A stretch of DNA of 64,000 nucleotides from an uncultured Bacteroidales bacterium (lineage in GTDB: Bacteria > Bacteroidota > Bacteroidia > Bacteroidales > FEN-979): NCBI GenBank assembly GCA_903945175.1, contig CAJAUM010000106.1, positions 20,335-84,334 of the forward strand, read 5' to 3'. The position numbers and the translations under genes are program-made. Shown one piece after another: positions 1 through 7,970 of this stretch. The notes beneath the pieces were generated by a model, which searched no databases, was not told the origin of the DNA, and worked only from the letters and a program-made list of their open reading frames with translations. The stretch's first letter is position 1. The number at the start of each line of letters is the position of its first letter.

Positions 1-272
1 GAAAAAACAGCAACCACGAGCAGTATGGCATTTTTTTTCAACCCGGTGGTCAATTGGCAAGTTCCCGAGAGCATCATCATTCCGAATACGAAAGACAAGA
101 TACCCGTAGATGGTGACATGGGCTTGTACCCTGGCAAAACACTTGTGAGGTTCTCTGCTCCAAACATCCATAAAATCACTACAATGAAGCCTGTTAACGC
201 TGCAATTCCGCCTGAAAACAGGATTACAAGACGGAGAACCCGGGCCTCACTGAAGGTTATTTGGTCTTTCAT
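1..272 (-). CDS. N-terminal fragment of an integral membrane protein that runs off the left edge; possibly a sensor partner of the adjacent receiver
   Basis: It is open-ended and therefore absent from the ORF track. The minus-strand ATG at 272 reads MKDQITFSEARVLRLVILFSGGIAALTGFIVVILWMFGAENLTSVLPGYKPMSPSTGILSFVFGMMMLSG... with no stop before position 1. The sequence has several hydrophobic helices. It lies 68 bp downstream of the receiver gene on the same strand. Confidence 0.45.
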   Translation of the reverse strand, partial: MKDQITFSEARVLRLVILFSGGIAALTGFIVVILWMFGAENLTSVLPGYKPMSPSTGILSFVFGMMMLSGTCQLTTGLKKNAILLVVAVF

Positions 273-340
273 TATGTAGCTTAATTCAAACCCGTTTTCA
301 TCAATCAATTCAAAAAAAAGGAAAGCCTACGTGATTGAAG

Positions 341-724
341 TCAAATGACCAACCATTTTTTCAACATGGTTAACAATTCATCACGGCCAATGGGTTTGGC
401 AAGGTAATCATTGCATCCACTGATTACTGCATCGCGGATGGAGGTTTGGCTGACATAAGCAGTAAGTATGACAATCGGAAGTGTGGGTCTGAAAACACGG
501 ATTTCGCGTGTTGCATCATATCCAGTCATTACAGGCATCATGCCATCCATGAATATGAGGCGGATATCAGGATTATCACGGGAACAATCAATGGCTTCTT
601 TACCGTTCTTAGCACGCAGAATGGTCAGTCCGGTCTCCCTGTAAATGCGCAAAATATATTCAAAATTGGTATCATCATCTTCTGCAATAAGGATGGTATA
701 ACCACTATAATTTAACTGTTCCAT
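341..724 (-). CDS. Stand-alone response regulator receiver (CheY-like)
   Basis: 127 aa. Acidic pocket ILIAEDDD, phospho-acceptor context LIFMDGMMPVMTG, ILTAY, and conserved Lys in YLAKP. Confidence 0.9.
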   Translation of the reverse strand: MEQLNYSGYTILIAEDDDTNFEYILRIYRETGLTILRAKNGKEAIDCSRDNPDIRLIFMDGMMPVMTGYDATREIRVFRPTLPIVILTAYVSQTSIRDAVISGCNDYLAKPIGRDELLTMLKKWLVI

Positions 725-794
725 TTTGGTTTATGTTCGTAATGACAAAGATAAATAATTTTCGAAGAATCTTTTATTATTGTGACAATTCCGC

Positions 795-802
795 TAAATT
801 TG
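795..802 (+). promoter_or_regulatory. Bacteroidota -7 promoter box (TAnnTTTG) for the TPR histidine kinase
   Basis: TAAATTTG lies 16 nt upstream of the ATG at 818. It sits inside the GTG-extended ORF, which argues for the 818 start. Confidence 0.4.
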
Positions 803-817
803 TTAAAATTTGTCTGT

Positions 818-2941
818 ATGAGGATAGGGCTCGTGGCAATTATTCTATTTTTGTTCATGTTGAATCAATTGACACAGGCCATTTCACCTCCGCCAACAGG
901 AACACAACCATCTCTTATTCAAACAGGTGCATTTGATACGACGGCAATCATTCCGGGAATGATTGCCGTACTGGAGTCAGGCGTACGGAGTGTGCAGGCC
1001 AGGCATCAGTTAGATTCCCTGATAGAATTAAGCAGCAAAATCGGCTTTATCCCTGGTGTAGCCAGGGGGATCATGCTGACCGGGATTTTTTATTGGGAAA
1101 ATCCTGATTCAGCGCTCAAATATTTACGGATAGCCCGTCAATACAGCAAGCAACAAGACTACAAATTTGGCTTTTTTCTTTCTACGCATAACTTAGGAAG
1201 CCTGTATCTCAATTATGGTGTGCAGGACAGTTCCATCTATTGGCTTACCCGGGCCTTAATGCTATGGAGGCCTGATATGGGTTTAAACAGGCATGCGAAG
1301 CTCCAGATCGATATTGGAGCATGGTATTCAGCACGTGAAGACTACAAACACAGTTTGGAGTTTTTGATTCCAGCCATGAATACGTTGAAAACGACAGGCG
1401 ATACATTGAGATTAAGGAGCTTGTACAGTACGCTTGGGGTTATGTATACGAACCTCCAAAGCTTCGAAAAGGCAAAGTCCTACTATGACCAGATACTCGC
1501 AATAACCCCTGAATCATTCATGAATGGACGGATATGGTCTGATACCTATAACAACCTGGGGACATTGTACCTGGATGTGAAGAAGGACCAAGATTCTGCG
1601 CTTATTATGTTCAGGAAATCACAGGAGGTCGCACTGAAATTCAAACTGTCTGAAAAGATACGCATGATCCATTCGAATATGGGAAGTACGTTCCTCATGC
1701 TTCGCCAGCAGGATTCAACTATATTTTATTTACTTTCGGCCAAGTCAAAGATAGATAAGTTCACAAGAAAAAGTCATTCTGCCGCTATTTTCATCAGCTA
1801 TGGCGTAGCAATGATAAATTCCGGAAAAATCGATTCAGCAAAATATTATGGGGAAAAAGGCATGGCACTGTTGAATGATCAGGGAACTGTAAATCTGAAG
1901 ATTATCGGCTACGAATTGTTATTCCAGATCGATTCGGTTAAAGGCAATTATCGGTCCGCCATCCGTTACCTGGGGCAGGCCAAAGAGCTGACAAAAAATC
2001 TCTACAACAGGGAGATCCTGATGAAGGTTGCCGAAAAGGAATTTTCGTACGAAATGGAACGAAAAAATGATGAGAACAGATACCTGAAAAAGGAAAATGA
2101 ACTTAAAGCAGGCATAATAAAAAATCAATGGTACATCCTTGGCTTTGCCATTCTTATCATACTCCTGATCTCTGTATTACTGATATTTATTGCCAATAAT
2201 CGGAAAAAATTTCAAAAGCTTAACAATACCAAGGATAAGTTTCTTTCAGTCATTTCGCACGACCTGCGATCGCCGTTCAATTCATTATTGGGGCTTTTGG
2301 ATGAACTCCATTCAGGGTATGATAGTTTTTCGGATGATGAACGCAAACATATCCTCATGTTGCTTCAGTCAACGAGCCAGAACACCTACCACTTGCTCGA
2401 AAACCTGCTGGAATGGGCTCGTTCACAGCAAGGACAGATCACTTCGGAACCCAAAATAATTTTTTTAAGGCAAGCAGTTGACAAAATTATTGAATTGCTG
2501 CAGGCCAGGGCAGAAAAAAAAGGGATCGAAATCCGAAATATGATTAAACCGGAAATGAAAGCATTTGCAGATCCCATTTTGTTTGATAACTGCATCCTTA
2601 ACATCACAAACAATGCGGTTAAATTTACACCGGCCGGAGGAACCATCACACTCACCTGTCATGACACCGAAAGATCTGTTTTTATTTGCTGCGCGGACAC
2701 TGGAATAGGGATACCGCCAGAATCCCTGAAGCAGCTTTTCAGGCTCGACGGTAAGGTAAAACGCCGCGGTACAGCCAATGAACCGGGTACCGGCCTTGGC
2801 TTGATCCTCTGCAAGGAGTTCATCCATCTGATGAAAGGGAAGATCACTTTGGTGAGCAAAGAAAATGAAGGCACAAAAGTGTTCATCGAATTGCCTGCCG
2901 CGCATGGAGTTTCCTCTCAGGTAAGTCACTCCGCAGAATAA
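818..2941 (+). CDS. TPR-repeat sensor histidine kinase (signal/TM, TPR periplasmic part, TM, HisKA + HATPase_c)
   Basis: H-box FLSVISHDLRSPFNSLLG, N-box ITNNAVKFTPAGG, G-boxes ADTGIGIPPE and GTGLGLILCKEF. An internal TM is WYILGFAILIILLISVLLIFIA. The start was moved from GTG 782 to ATG 818 (MRIGLVAIILFLFML...). Confidence 0.85.
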   Translation: MRIGLVAIILFLFMLNQLTQAISPPPTGTQPSLIQTGAFDTTAIIPGMIAVLESGVRSVQARHQLDSLIELSSKIGFIPGVARGIMLTGIFYWENPDSALKYLRIARQYSKQQDYKFGFFLSTHNLGSLYLNYGVQDSSIYWLTRALMLWRPDMGLNRHAKLQIDIGAWYSAREDYKHSLEFLIPAMNTLKTTGDTLRLRSLYSTLGVMYTNLQSFEKAKSYYDQILAITPESFMNGRIWSDTYNNLGTLYLDVKKDQDSALIMFRKSQEVALKFKLSEKIRMIHSNMGSTFLMLRQQDSTIFYLLSAKSKIDKFTRKSHSAAIFISYGVAMINSGKIDSAKYYGEKGMALLNDQGTVNLKIIGYELLFQIDSVKGNYRSAIRYLGQAKELTKNLYNREILMKVAEKEFSYEMERKNDENRYLKKENELKAGIIKNQWYILGFAILIILLISVLLIFIANNRKKFQKLNNTKDKFLSVISHDLRSPFNSLLGLLDELHSGYDSFSDDERKHILMLLQSTSQNTYHLLENLLEWARSQQGQITSEPKIIFLRQAVDKIIELLQARAEKKGIEIRNMIKPEMKAFADPILFDNCILNITNNAVKFTPAGGTITLTCHDTERSVFICCADTGIGIPPESLKQLFRLDGKVKRRGTANEPGTGLGLILCKEFIHLMKGKITLVSKENEGTKVFIELPAAHGVSSQVSHSAE

Positions 2942-2973
2942 GAAATGGAAACCGCGTTGCTATCAAAAGGGAA

Positions 2974-4020
2974 TTAACCGTATTTATTCATAAAAGGCAT
3001 GAGGAATGATACGACATTTCTTGCCAGAAACGCTGTATTATATCCGCCCTCCATCACAATCAGCTTAGGAATGTCCATTTCACTGATCAGATATTCTGCA
3101 AGATCGGTATAGATTTCCGACGACAATCTGAAGTTCCCAAGCTCCTCCTTCTCGAATGTATCCACGCCCAGGGAAACTACAAGATATTGGGCGCCGAATT
3201 GTTTCAACCTTGAAATTGCATCACGAAAGGCCAAAAAATACTCATCATCACTAATTCCCGGAGGAAGGGGAAAATTGATATTCTTCAATGTATTCTCCGA
3301 TTCAAATCCCGTGAGATAGGGGTAGGCATAATCCGGGTCACCATGAATGGATACAAGGAGGATATTCTCCAGGCGCTGAACAATATCCTGGGTGCCATTT
3401 CCATGATGGAAATCAATATCGAGGATTCCAACCTTAACCCTGCCTTTTGCCTCCAAAACACCCTGATCCTGAAGAAATTTCGCTGCGAGCGAGGCATTGT
3501 TCACAAAGCAGTAACCGCCTGCATAATCAAATCCGGCATGATGCCCCGGCGGACGGCACAATGAGAACACGCAGGATTCACCCAGCAGGAGATATTTTGC
3601 TCCGGTAAGCGCTGTAAATCCTGAAAACCTCACAGCTTCCCAGGTTCCCTTTACAATCATGGTGCAACTATCGGTCATATAAAAACCTGCTTTCCCTTCC
3701 GGACTTCTCGAAGGAGGATGATCGCGCATTTTGCCGAGTGCAAAAAACTCCGGCATGATACCTTCAGGCCACAATCCAGCTGCAATCCATTCGGCATAGG
3801 CTGTTTGCAGGTATTCAAGATATGCGGCTGCATGTACTTTATAGAAATGCCCCATCCCGAATTGTTCAGCCCGGGTAAGCGCTGCGTGCGGAATGTCCAT
3901 CAATGCCTCGAAGATGAGTTCCGCCCTCTCGGGAGATTCTCCATAAGCCACAACATGGTTTGAGATAAATTCCTTAGGCGGGTTGTGAAGGATATGATGC
4001 GGAGAATAGGTTACAATCAT
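2974..4020 (-). CDS. Histone deacetylase-family (HDAC / acetylpolyamine amidohydrolase / AcuC-like) Zn-dependent deacetylase
   Basis: Motifs RPPGHHAG, ILDIDFHHGNGTQD, SLGVDTFEKEE and MEGGYN are all present, so the catalytic His pair, metal ligands and Tyr look intact. Confidence 0.9.
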   Translation of the reverse strand: MIVTYSPHHILHNPPKEFISNHVVAYGESPERAELIFEALMDIPHAALTRAEQFGMGHFYKVHAAAYLEYLQTAYAEWIAAGLWPEGIMPEFFALGKMRDHPPSRSPEGKAGFYMTDSCTMIVKGTWEAVRFSGFTALTGAKYLLLGESCVFSLCRPPGHHAGFDYAGGYCFVNNASLAAKFLQDQGVLEAKGRVKVGILDIDFHHGNGTQDIVQRLENILLVSIHGDPDYAYPYLTGFESENTLKNINFPLPPGISDDEYFLAFRDAISRLKQFGAQYLVVSLGVDTFEKEELGNFRLSSEIYTDLAEYLISEMDIPKLIVMEGGYNTAFLARNVVSFLMPFMNKYG

Positions 4021-4034
4021 GGTTTTCGCCGCTT

Positions 4035-5528
4035 TCAGTCGATGATGTTCGGATCATGCGCCTTGATGTAGGTCAATAGCTCTTTGGCAACATCACTGAC
4101 AAGCAAAATTTTATCGTAATCCAGACTTACGTTATTCAGGTATTGAAGTACCAATGCATCTCCGATCATTGATTCCGGCAAAATTCCTGCAAAGAAAAAG
4201 CCCATTTTTTCAAACTCGGCAGTCAGCCAAAAGGTCAATGGATCTTTTAATTTCAAAAAGAGGTTAATAGATGCAACATGCTGAATGCAAAAGCTTTGAA
4301 GGAGTTTTCTGATTTGTTGCCTGATATCGGTTCCGTATGAGACAACAAAAATTTCGGCACAACCTTCCAACTCGTTCGCCCCGGATTTAATGGATGCAGC
4401 AGGACTGTCAAATTCAAGGGAATCACTGGAAGGAATGATATAGGAGTGGTTCGCACCCAGGTTCTGATAAAGTTTCGCTACCATCTCCTTGTGATGTTCA
4501 GGAACAAACAAATTATAAGAAACCGGTGGCATCATATACCTGAATCCCAGGGCCACGCTGATTCGCTGGGAGGCATCATCTGAAATTCCTTTGAATTTCC
4601 ATGAAGCCGGGCTGGTGGCAAGGAGGATTCCGCAATCGTTGATCTGGAATTTAATCATTGACTTTTGGGTAAAAATGTGGTTTGTAACCGCATAGGCATA
4701 TATTCCGCGGAGTTCCCGCTTTTTCGGCACCTGGAACAGGTAATCAACCAGTCTGTTCAAAGCTCCCTGTCCCCGGTATTCCACATTCACAAATACGAAC
4801 GTCAATTCGGCAATCGTATCCTCGGGATATTGATACAGCAGCGCCGAATGACCCATGAAAACATTATCTTTGGTTACAGCAACAGCAGAGATCATCTCTG
4901 ATCTTCTGTTCATCTCCACCAAACGTTCCGGGTAATAGATATGATCATCAAAAAATGTATATCCGTGGGTTTTATATGCACAGCGCGACACTTCAATTGC
5001 TTCATGTTCATCCAGCCCCCTGACATCGTATTCAATTTTTTCGGTGATGACAGCTGCAGTCTGGCGGGTTTCAAGACCTGCATCCTGATCTTTCCGGATT
5101 TCAACACCCGGAAGGTATTTGACCATAACAGTCTCCTTCCCCTGAGGGCCAAGGTTATGAAAGGATAATTCATCCATCACCTTCTGGATGAGATAAATTC
5201 CCAATCCGCTGGTTGAAAGATCATCGAGGATTTTAGTCACTTCATATTTTTTAATATGTGCAGGATCAAACGGAATTCCCTTTTCCTTCAGGGTGATTTT
5301 TATCCCGCCCCGGACTTTCTCACAGATGATGTCAAATGTTGGATTTTCCTCATCACTGGTATGAACCATGATGTTTGATACCGATTCTTCGGTAGCGATA
5401 TCGATTTGGTCCAGCTCATCACCGGAGAATCCGATATTTTTTGCAATTTCACGCACAAACAGCTGGATCATAAAGGAATAATCCAGTTTATTTGGGAAGG
5501 TCATTTTGATTGATTCGTTAATTTCCAT
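4035..5528 (-). CDS. Fusion protein: N-terminal RsbW/SpoIIAB-like GHKL ATPase (anti-sigma-type Ser kinase fold) + GNAT acetyltransferase + about 190 aa C-terminal region of unclear fold
   Basis: The N-terminal about 140 aa carry an N-box-like EESVSNIMVHT and a G2-like SGLGIYLIQKVMDE. The central part has a GNAT acetyl-CoA loop context VFVNVEYRGQGALNRLVDYL. It sits 20 bp after the upstream kinase gene and 14 bp before the HDAC gene. Confidence 0.7.
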   Translation of the reverse strand: MEINESIKMTFPNKLDYSFMIQLFVREIAKNIGFSGDELDQIDIATEESVSNIMVHTSDEENPTFDIICEKVRGGIKITLKEKGIPFDPAHIKKYEVTKILDDLSTSGLGIYLIQKVMDELSFHNLGPQGKETVMVKYLPGVEIRKDQDAGLETRQTAAVITEKIEYDVRGLDEHEAIEVSRCAYKTHGYTFFDDHIYYPERLVEMNRRSEMISAVAVTKDNVFMGHSALLYQYPEDTIAELTFVFVNVEYRGQGALNRLVDYLFQVPKKRELRGIYAYAVTNHIFTQKSMIKFQINDCGILLATSPASWKFKGISDDASQRISVALGFRYMMPPVSYNLFVPEHHKEMVAKLYQNLGANHSYIIPSSDSLEFDSPAASIKSGANELEGCAEIFVVSYGTDIRQQIRKLLQSFCIQHVASINLFLKLKDPLTFWLTAEFEKMGFFFAGILPESMIGDALVLQYLNNVSLDYDKILLVSDVAKELLTYIKAHDPNIID

Positions 5529-5548
5529 AGGAATTGTTGTATGTTTTT

Positions 5549-7858
5549 TTAGTTTTTTTCGGAAGATCCGTCTACACCTGGTGTTGTAAAATAGAATGTA
5601 CTGCCTTTTCCTTCCTCACTTTTCATCCAAATCTTTCCGCCTTGTTTTTCGATAAAATCCTTACAGAGGATTAAACCCAGACCGGTGCTTAATTCACCCT
5701 GGGTACCTTTTCGGTTGGTATTTTTATCAATATGGAAAAGGTTGGAACGAATATCTTCTGACATTCCTATACCGGTATCTTTGACTGCAACTTCAACCAA
5801 ATTGTCTTTTGTCCGGCGTGAACTGATGGTTACAGCTCCGCCTTTGGGAGTGAACTTGATGGCATTGGAAGCCAGATTGCGTATGATCGTATCAAACATA
5901 TTCGGGTCTGAGAATATTTTAACATCATCCAGAATTTCCAGCCTGATCGTGATATTTTTTTGAAGGGCAGCATCCGAAACCAATTTCAGGCTTTCTGCAA
6001 TTTTGTTTTTTAACATGAATACAGATGGGTCAAAGGAGGTTATCCCGCGCTGCATGCAGGACCATTCCAAAAGGTTTTCGAGCATTTCGTGGAGATTTGA
6101 GGCAGATTTTCTCATCTTCACAGCAATGTTCTGAATTTCATCCAACGTCAGGGTTGGTAACTCCTCAGCCATGAGCTGTGTAAAACCCATGAATGTACTG
6201 AAAGGGCTACGCAGATCATGTGCAATAATGGAGAAAAATTTATCTTTTTCTGCAATAGTTCTCGCGAGCTCTTCATTCTTGAGGCTAAGTTCTGTTTCTG
6301 CCAGTTTACGGGATGTGATATCTTTACCTTGAGCGATCGTAGCGATTGGGGTAACTCCATCCTGGGCAAACAATGTAGCTGAATTCCACAGAACGGTCCG
6401 TACAGAACCATCGAGGTGCAGAATTTTGATCTCTTTTGTCTCCCAACGTTCACCACTGAGGGTTTTGTGAATCAACGCCATAGATTCATTTACGAGAGAA
6501 GATGGGAATAAAATTTCCAGCGATTTTCCCACTACCTCTGCCTCACTGCGTCCGGTAAGGTATTCAAATGCATGATTAAAGCGCGTAATTCGAAACGTTG
6601 GATCCCATACGATGATGGGAGAATTGGCATAGTTTATCAGATTTTCAAGATAGGCATTGCTCTCACGCAGTGCATCTTCGGCATGTTTTCGATCTGAAAT
6701 ATCGTTATAGGTGATAACAACCCCAAAACCTTCAAGAGGAATGGGTGCAGCTGAGACGTTGATCCATGTGATCTGATTCTCACCTTTGACAATGCCCATT
6801 TCCACATTATTGACTTGGCATTTCTCTTTGAGTGCGCGGACACTTGGAAATTCCGAACCCTGCATGGGTGTGCCATCGGGCTGCACAATGCGCCACTCTA
6901 TGCCGCTTATGGTGCGCTTTTCCTGTTCTTCACGCGAAATTCCAAGTAAACCTTCGGCAATTTTGTTCGACTCGACAATCTTTCCGTCGGAGTCTGAAAT
7001 GGTAAGGCCTATCGGGAATGAATTGAACAACAACTTATACATCGCCAAACTGACACGCAGCGCCTCTTCTGACTTTATTCGTTCGGTGATATCTTCAAAC
7101 ACCGTAACGAAATGTTTCTTTGCCGGTGAACTGACAGAGATTTTAAAGTGCTTTCCAAGGGGTTCAAAATACGTTTCGAAGGCGCTTGGTTTTCCTGACT
7201 CTGCTGTTTGAACATAAATATCCAGGTAGGGAGGCACCTCCGTATCGAATGCATCCGTGACCAATTTGCCGGTAACATCTTCAGGCTTCAATCCTGTATG
7301 GCGCAAAAAAGCCGGATTTACTGAGAGTACAACGTAATTAACAGCTTTGTCCTGGTCGTCGTATATTATTTCATGAAGTGCAACACCATCCAGCATATTT
7401 TCAAACAGATTCCTGTAGCTGATTTCTGAAGTCTGCAACAATGATTGCTGCTGCTCAATCTGCGCACGCATCCGTCGCAAGGTCAGGTGGGTTCGAATCC
7501 GGGTCAGCACCTCAGCTGCCTGAAACGGCCTGGTAATATAATCTGCCCCTCCAACCCTGAAACCTTCAAGCATATCGCAGGCTGAACCAGATCCGACGAT
7601 GAAAATAACAGGAATATCCTGCATCGTATGGTCCGATTTAATTTGAGCGCATAAGTTAAACCCATTCAGGTCTGGCAGTGATGTATCGAGCAGGATCAGG
7701 TCAGGCACTAATTCCTTCGCTACAAGGATCGCATCCTTGCCGGCATCAGCAACATGAACCTGATATCTGTTCTCGGTCAGTATAGCCTGGAGGAGTGACA
7801 AATTCTCAAGGGCATCATCAAAGACAAGAACTTTTCCGTGAGTGTCGTCAATAATCAT
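5549..7858 (-). CDS. Receiver-PAS(x3)-histidine kinase (N-terminal REC, PAS/PAC sensors, HisKA, HATPase_c)
   Basis: REC: VLVFDD...LILLDTSLPDLNG...YITRPF. Repeated PAS/PAC-like segments include ITERIKSEEAL, NDISDRKHAEDAL and KDITSRKLAE. H-box FFSIIAHDLRSPF. NLASNAIKFTPKGG, KDTGIGM, STGLGLILCKDF. The start was moved to ATG 7858 (MIIDDTHGKVLVFDD) because the longer ORF overlaps the dnaE-family gene. Confidence 0.85.
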   Translation of the reverse strand: MIIDDTHGKVLVFDDALENLSLLQAILTENRYQVHVADAGKDAILVAKELVPDLILLDTSLPDLNGFNLCAQIKSDHTMQDIPVIFIVGSGSACDMLEGFRVGGADYITRPFQAAEVLTRIRTHLTLRRMRAQIEQQQSLLQTSEISYRNLFENMLDGVALHEIIYDDQDKAVNYVVLSVNPAFLRHTGLKPEDVTGKLVTDAFDTEVPPYLDIYVQTAESGKPSAFETYFEPLGKHFKISVSSPAKKHFVTVFEDITERIKSEEALRVSLAMYKLLFNSFPIGLTISDSDGKIVESNKIAEGLLGISREEQEKRTISGIEWRIVQPDGTPMQGSEFPSVRALKEKCQVNNVEMGIVKGENQITWINVSAAPIPLEGFGVVITYNDISDRKHAEDALRESNAYLENLINYANSPIIVWDPTFRITRFNHAFEYLTGRSEAEVVGKSLEILFPSSLVNESMALIHKTLSGERWETKEIKILHLDGSVRTVLWNSATLFAQDGVTPIATIAQGKDITSRKLAETELSLKNEELARTIAEKDKFFSIIAHDLRSPFSTFMGFTQLMAEELPTLTLDEIQNIAVKMRKSASNLHEMLENLLEWSCMQRGITSFDPSVFMLKNKIAESLKLVSDAALQKNITIRLEILDDVKIFSDPNMFDTIIRNLASNAIKFTPKGGAVTISSRRTKDNLVEVAVKDTGIGMSEDIRSNLFHIDKNTNRKGTQGELSTGLGLILCKDFIEKQGGKIWMKSEEGKGSTFYFTTPGVDGSSEKN

Positions 7859-7970
7859 AATTAAAAAGATTGGGAAAAGGAGGAGTAAATGTAAAAAGAA
7901 TAAATCGGATACGATCATGTTTATCCCTGAAAGAGGAAAAAAATATGGAATGCGAATTGATAAAACTGCA

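Noticed and set aside
25-279. 84-aa plus-strand ORF at the left edge
   Set aside because: It has an odd composition and no recognisable motif. The opposite strand carries a much more protein-like open-ended membrane-protein reading frame (ATG at 272 running off the window), co-oriented with the receiver gene.
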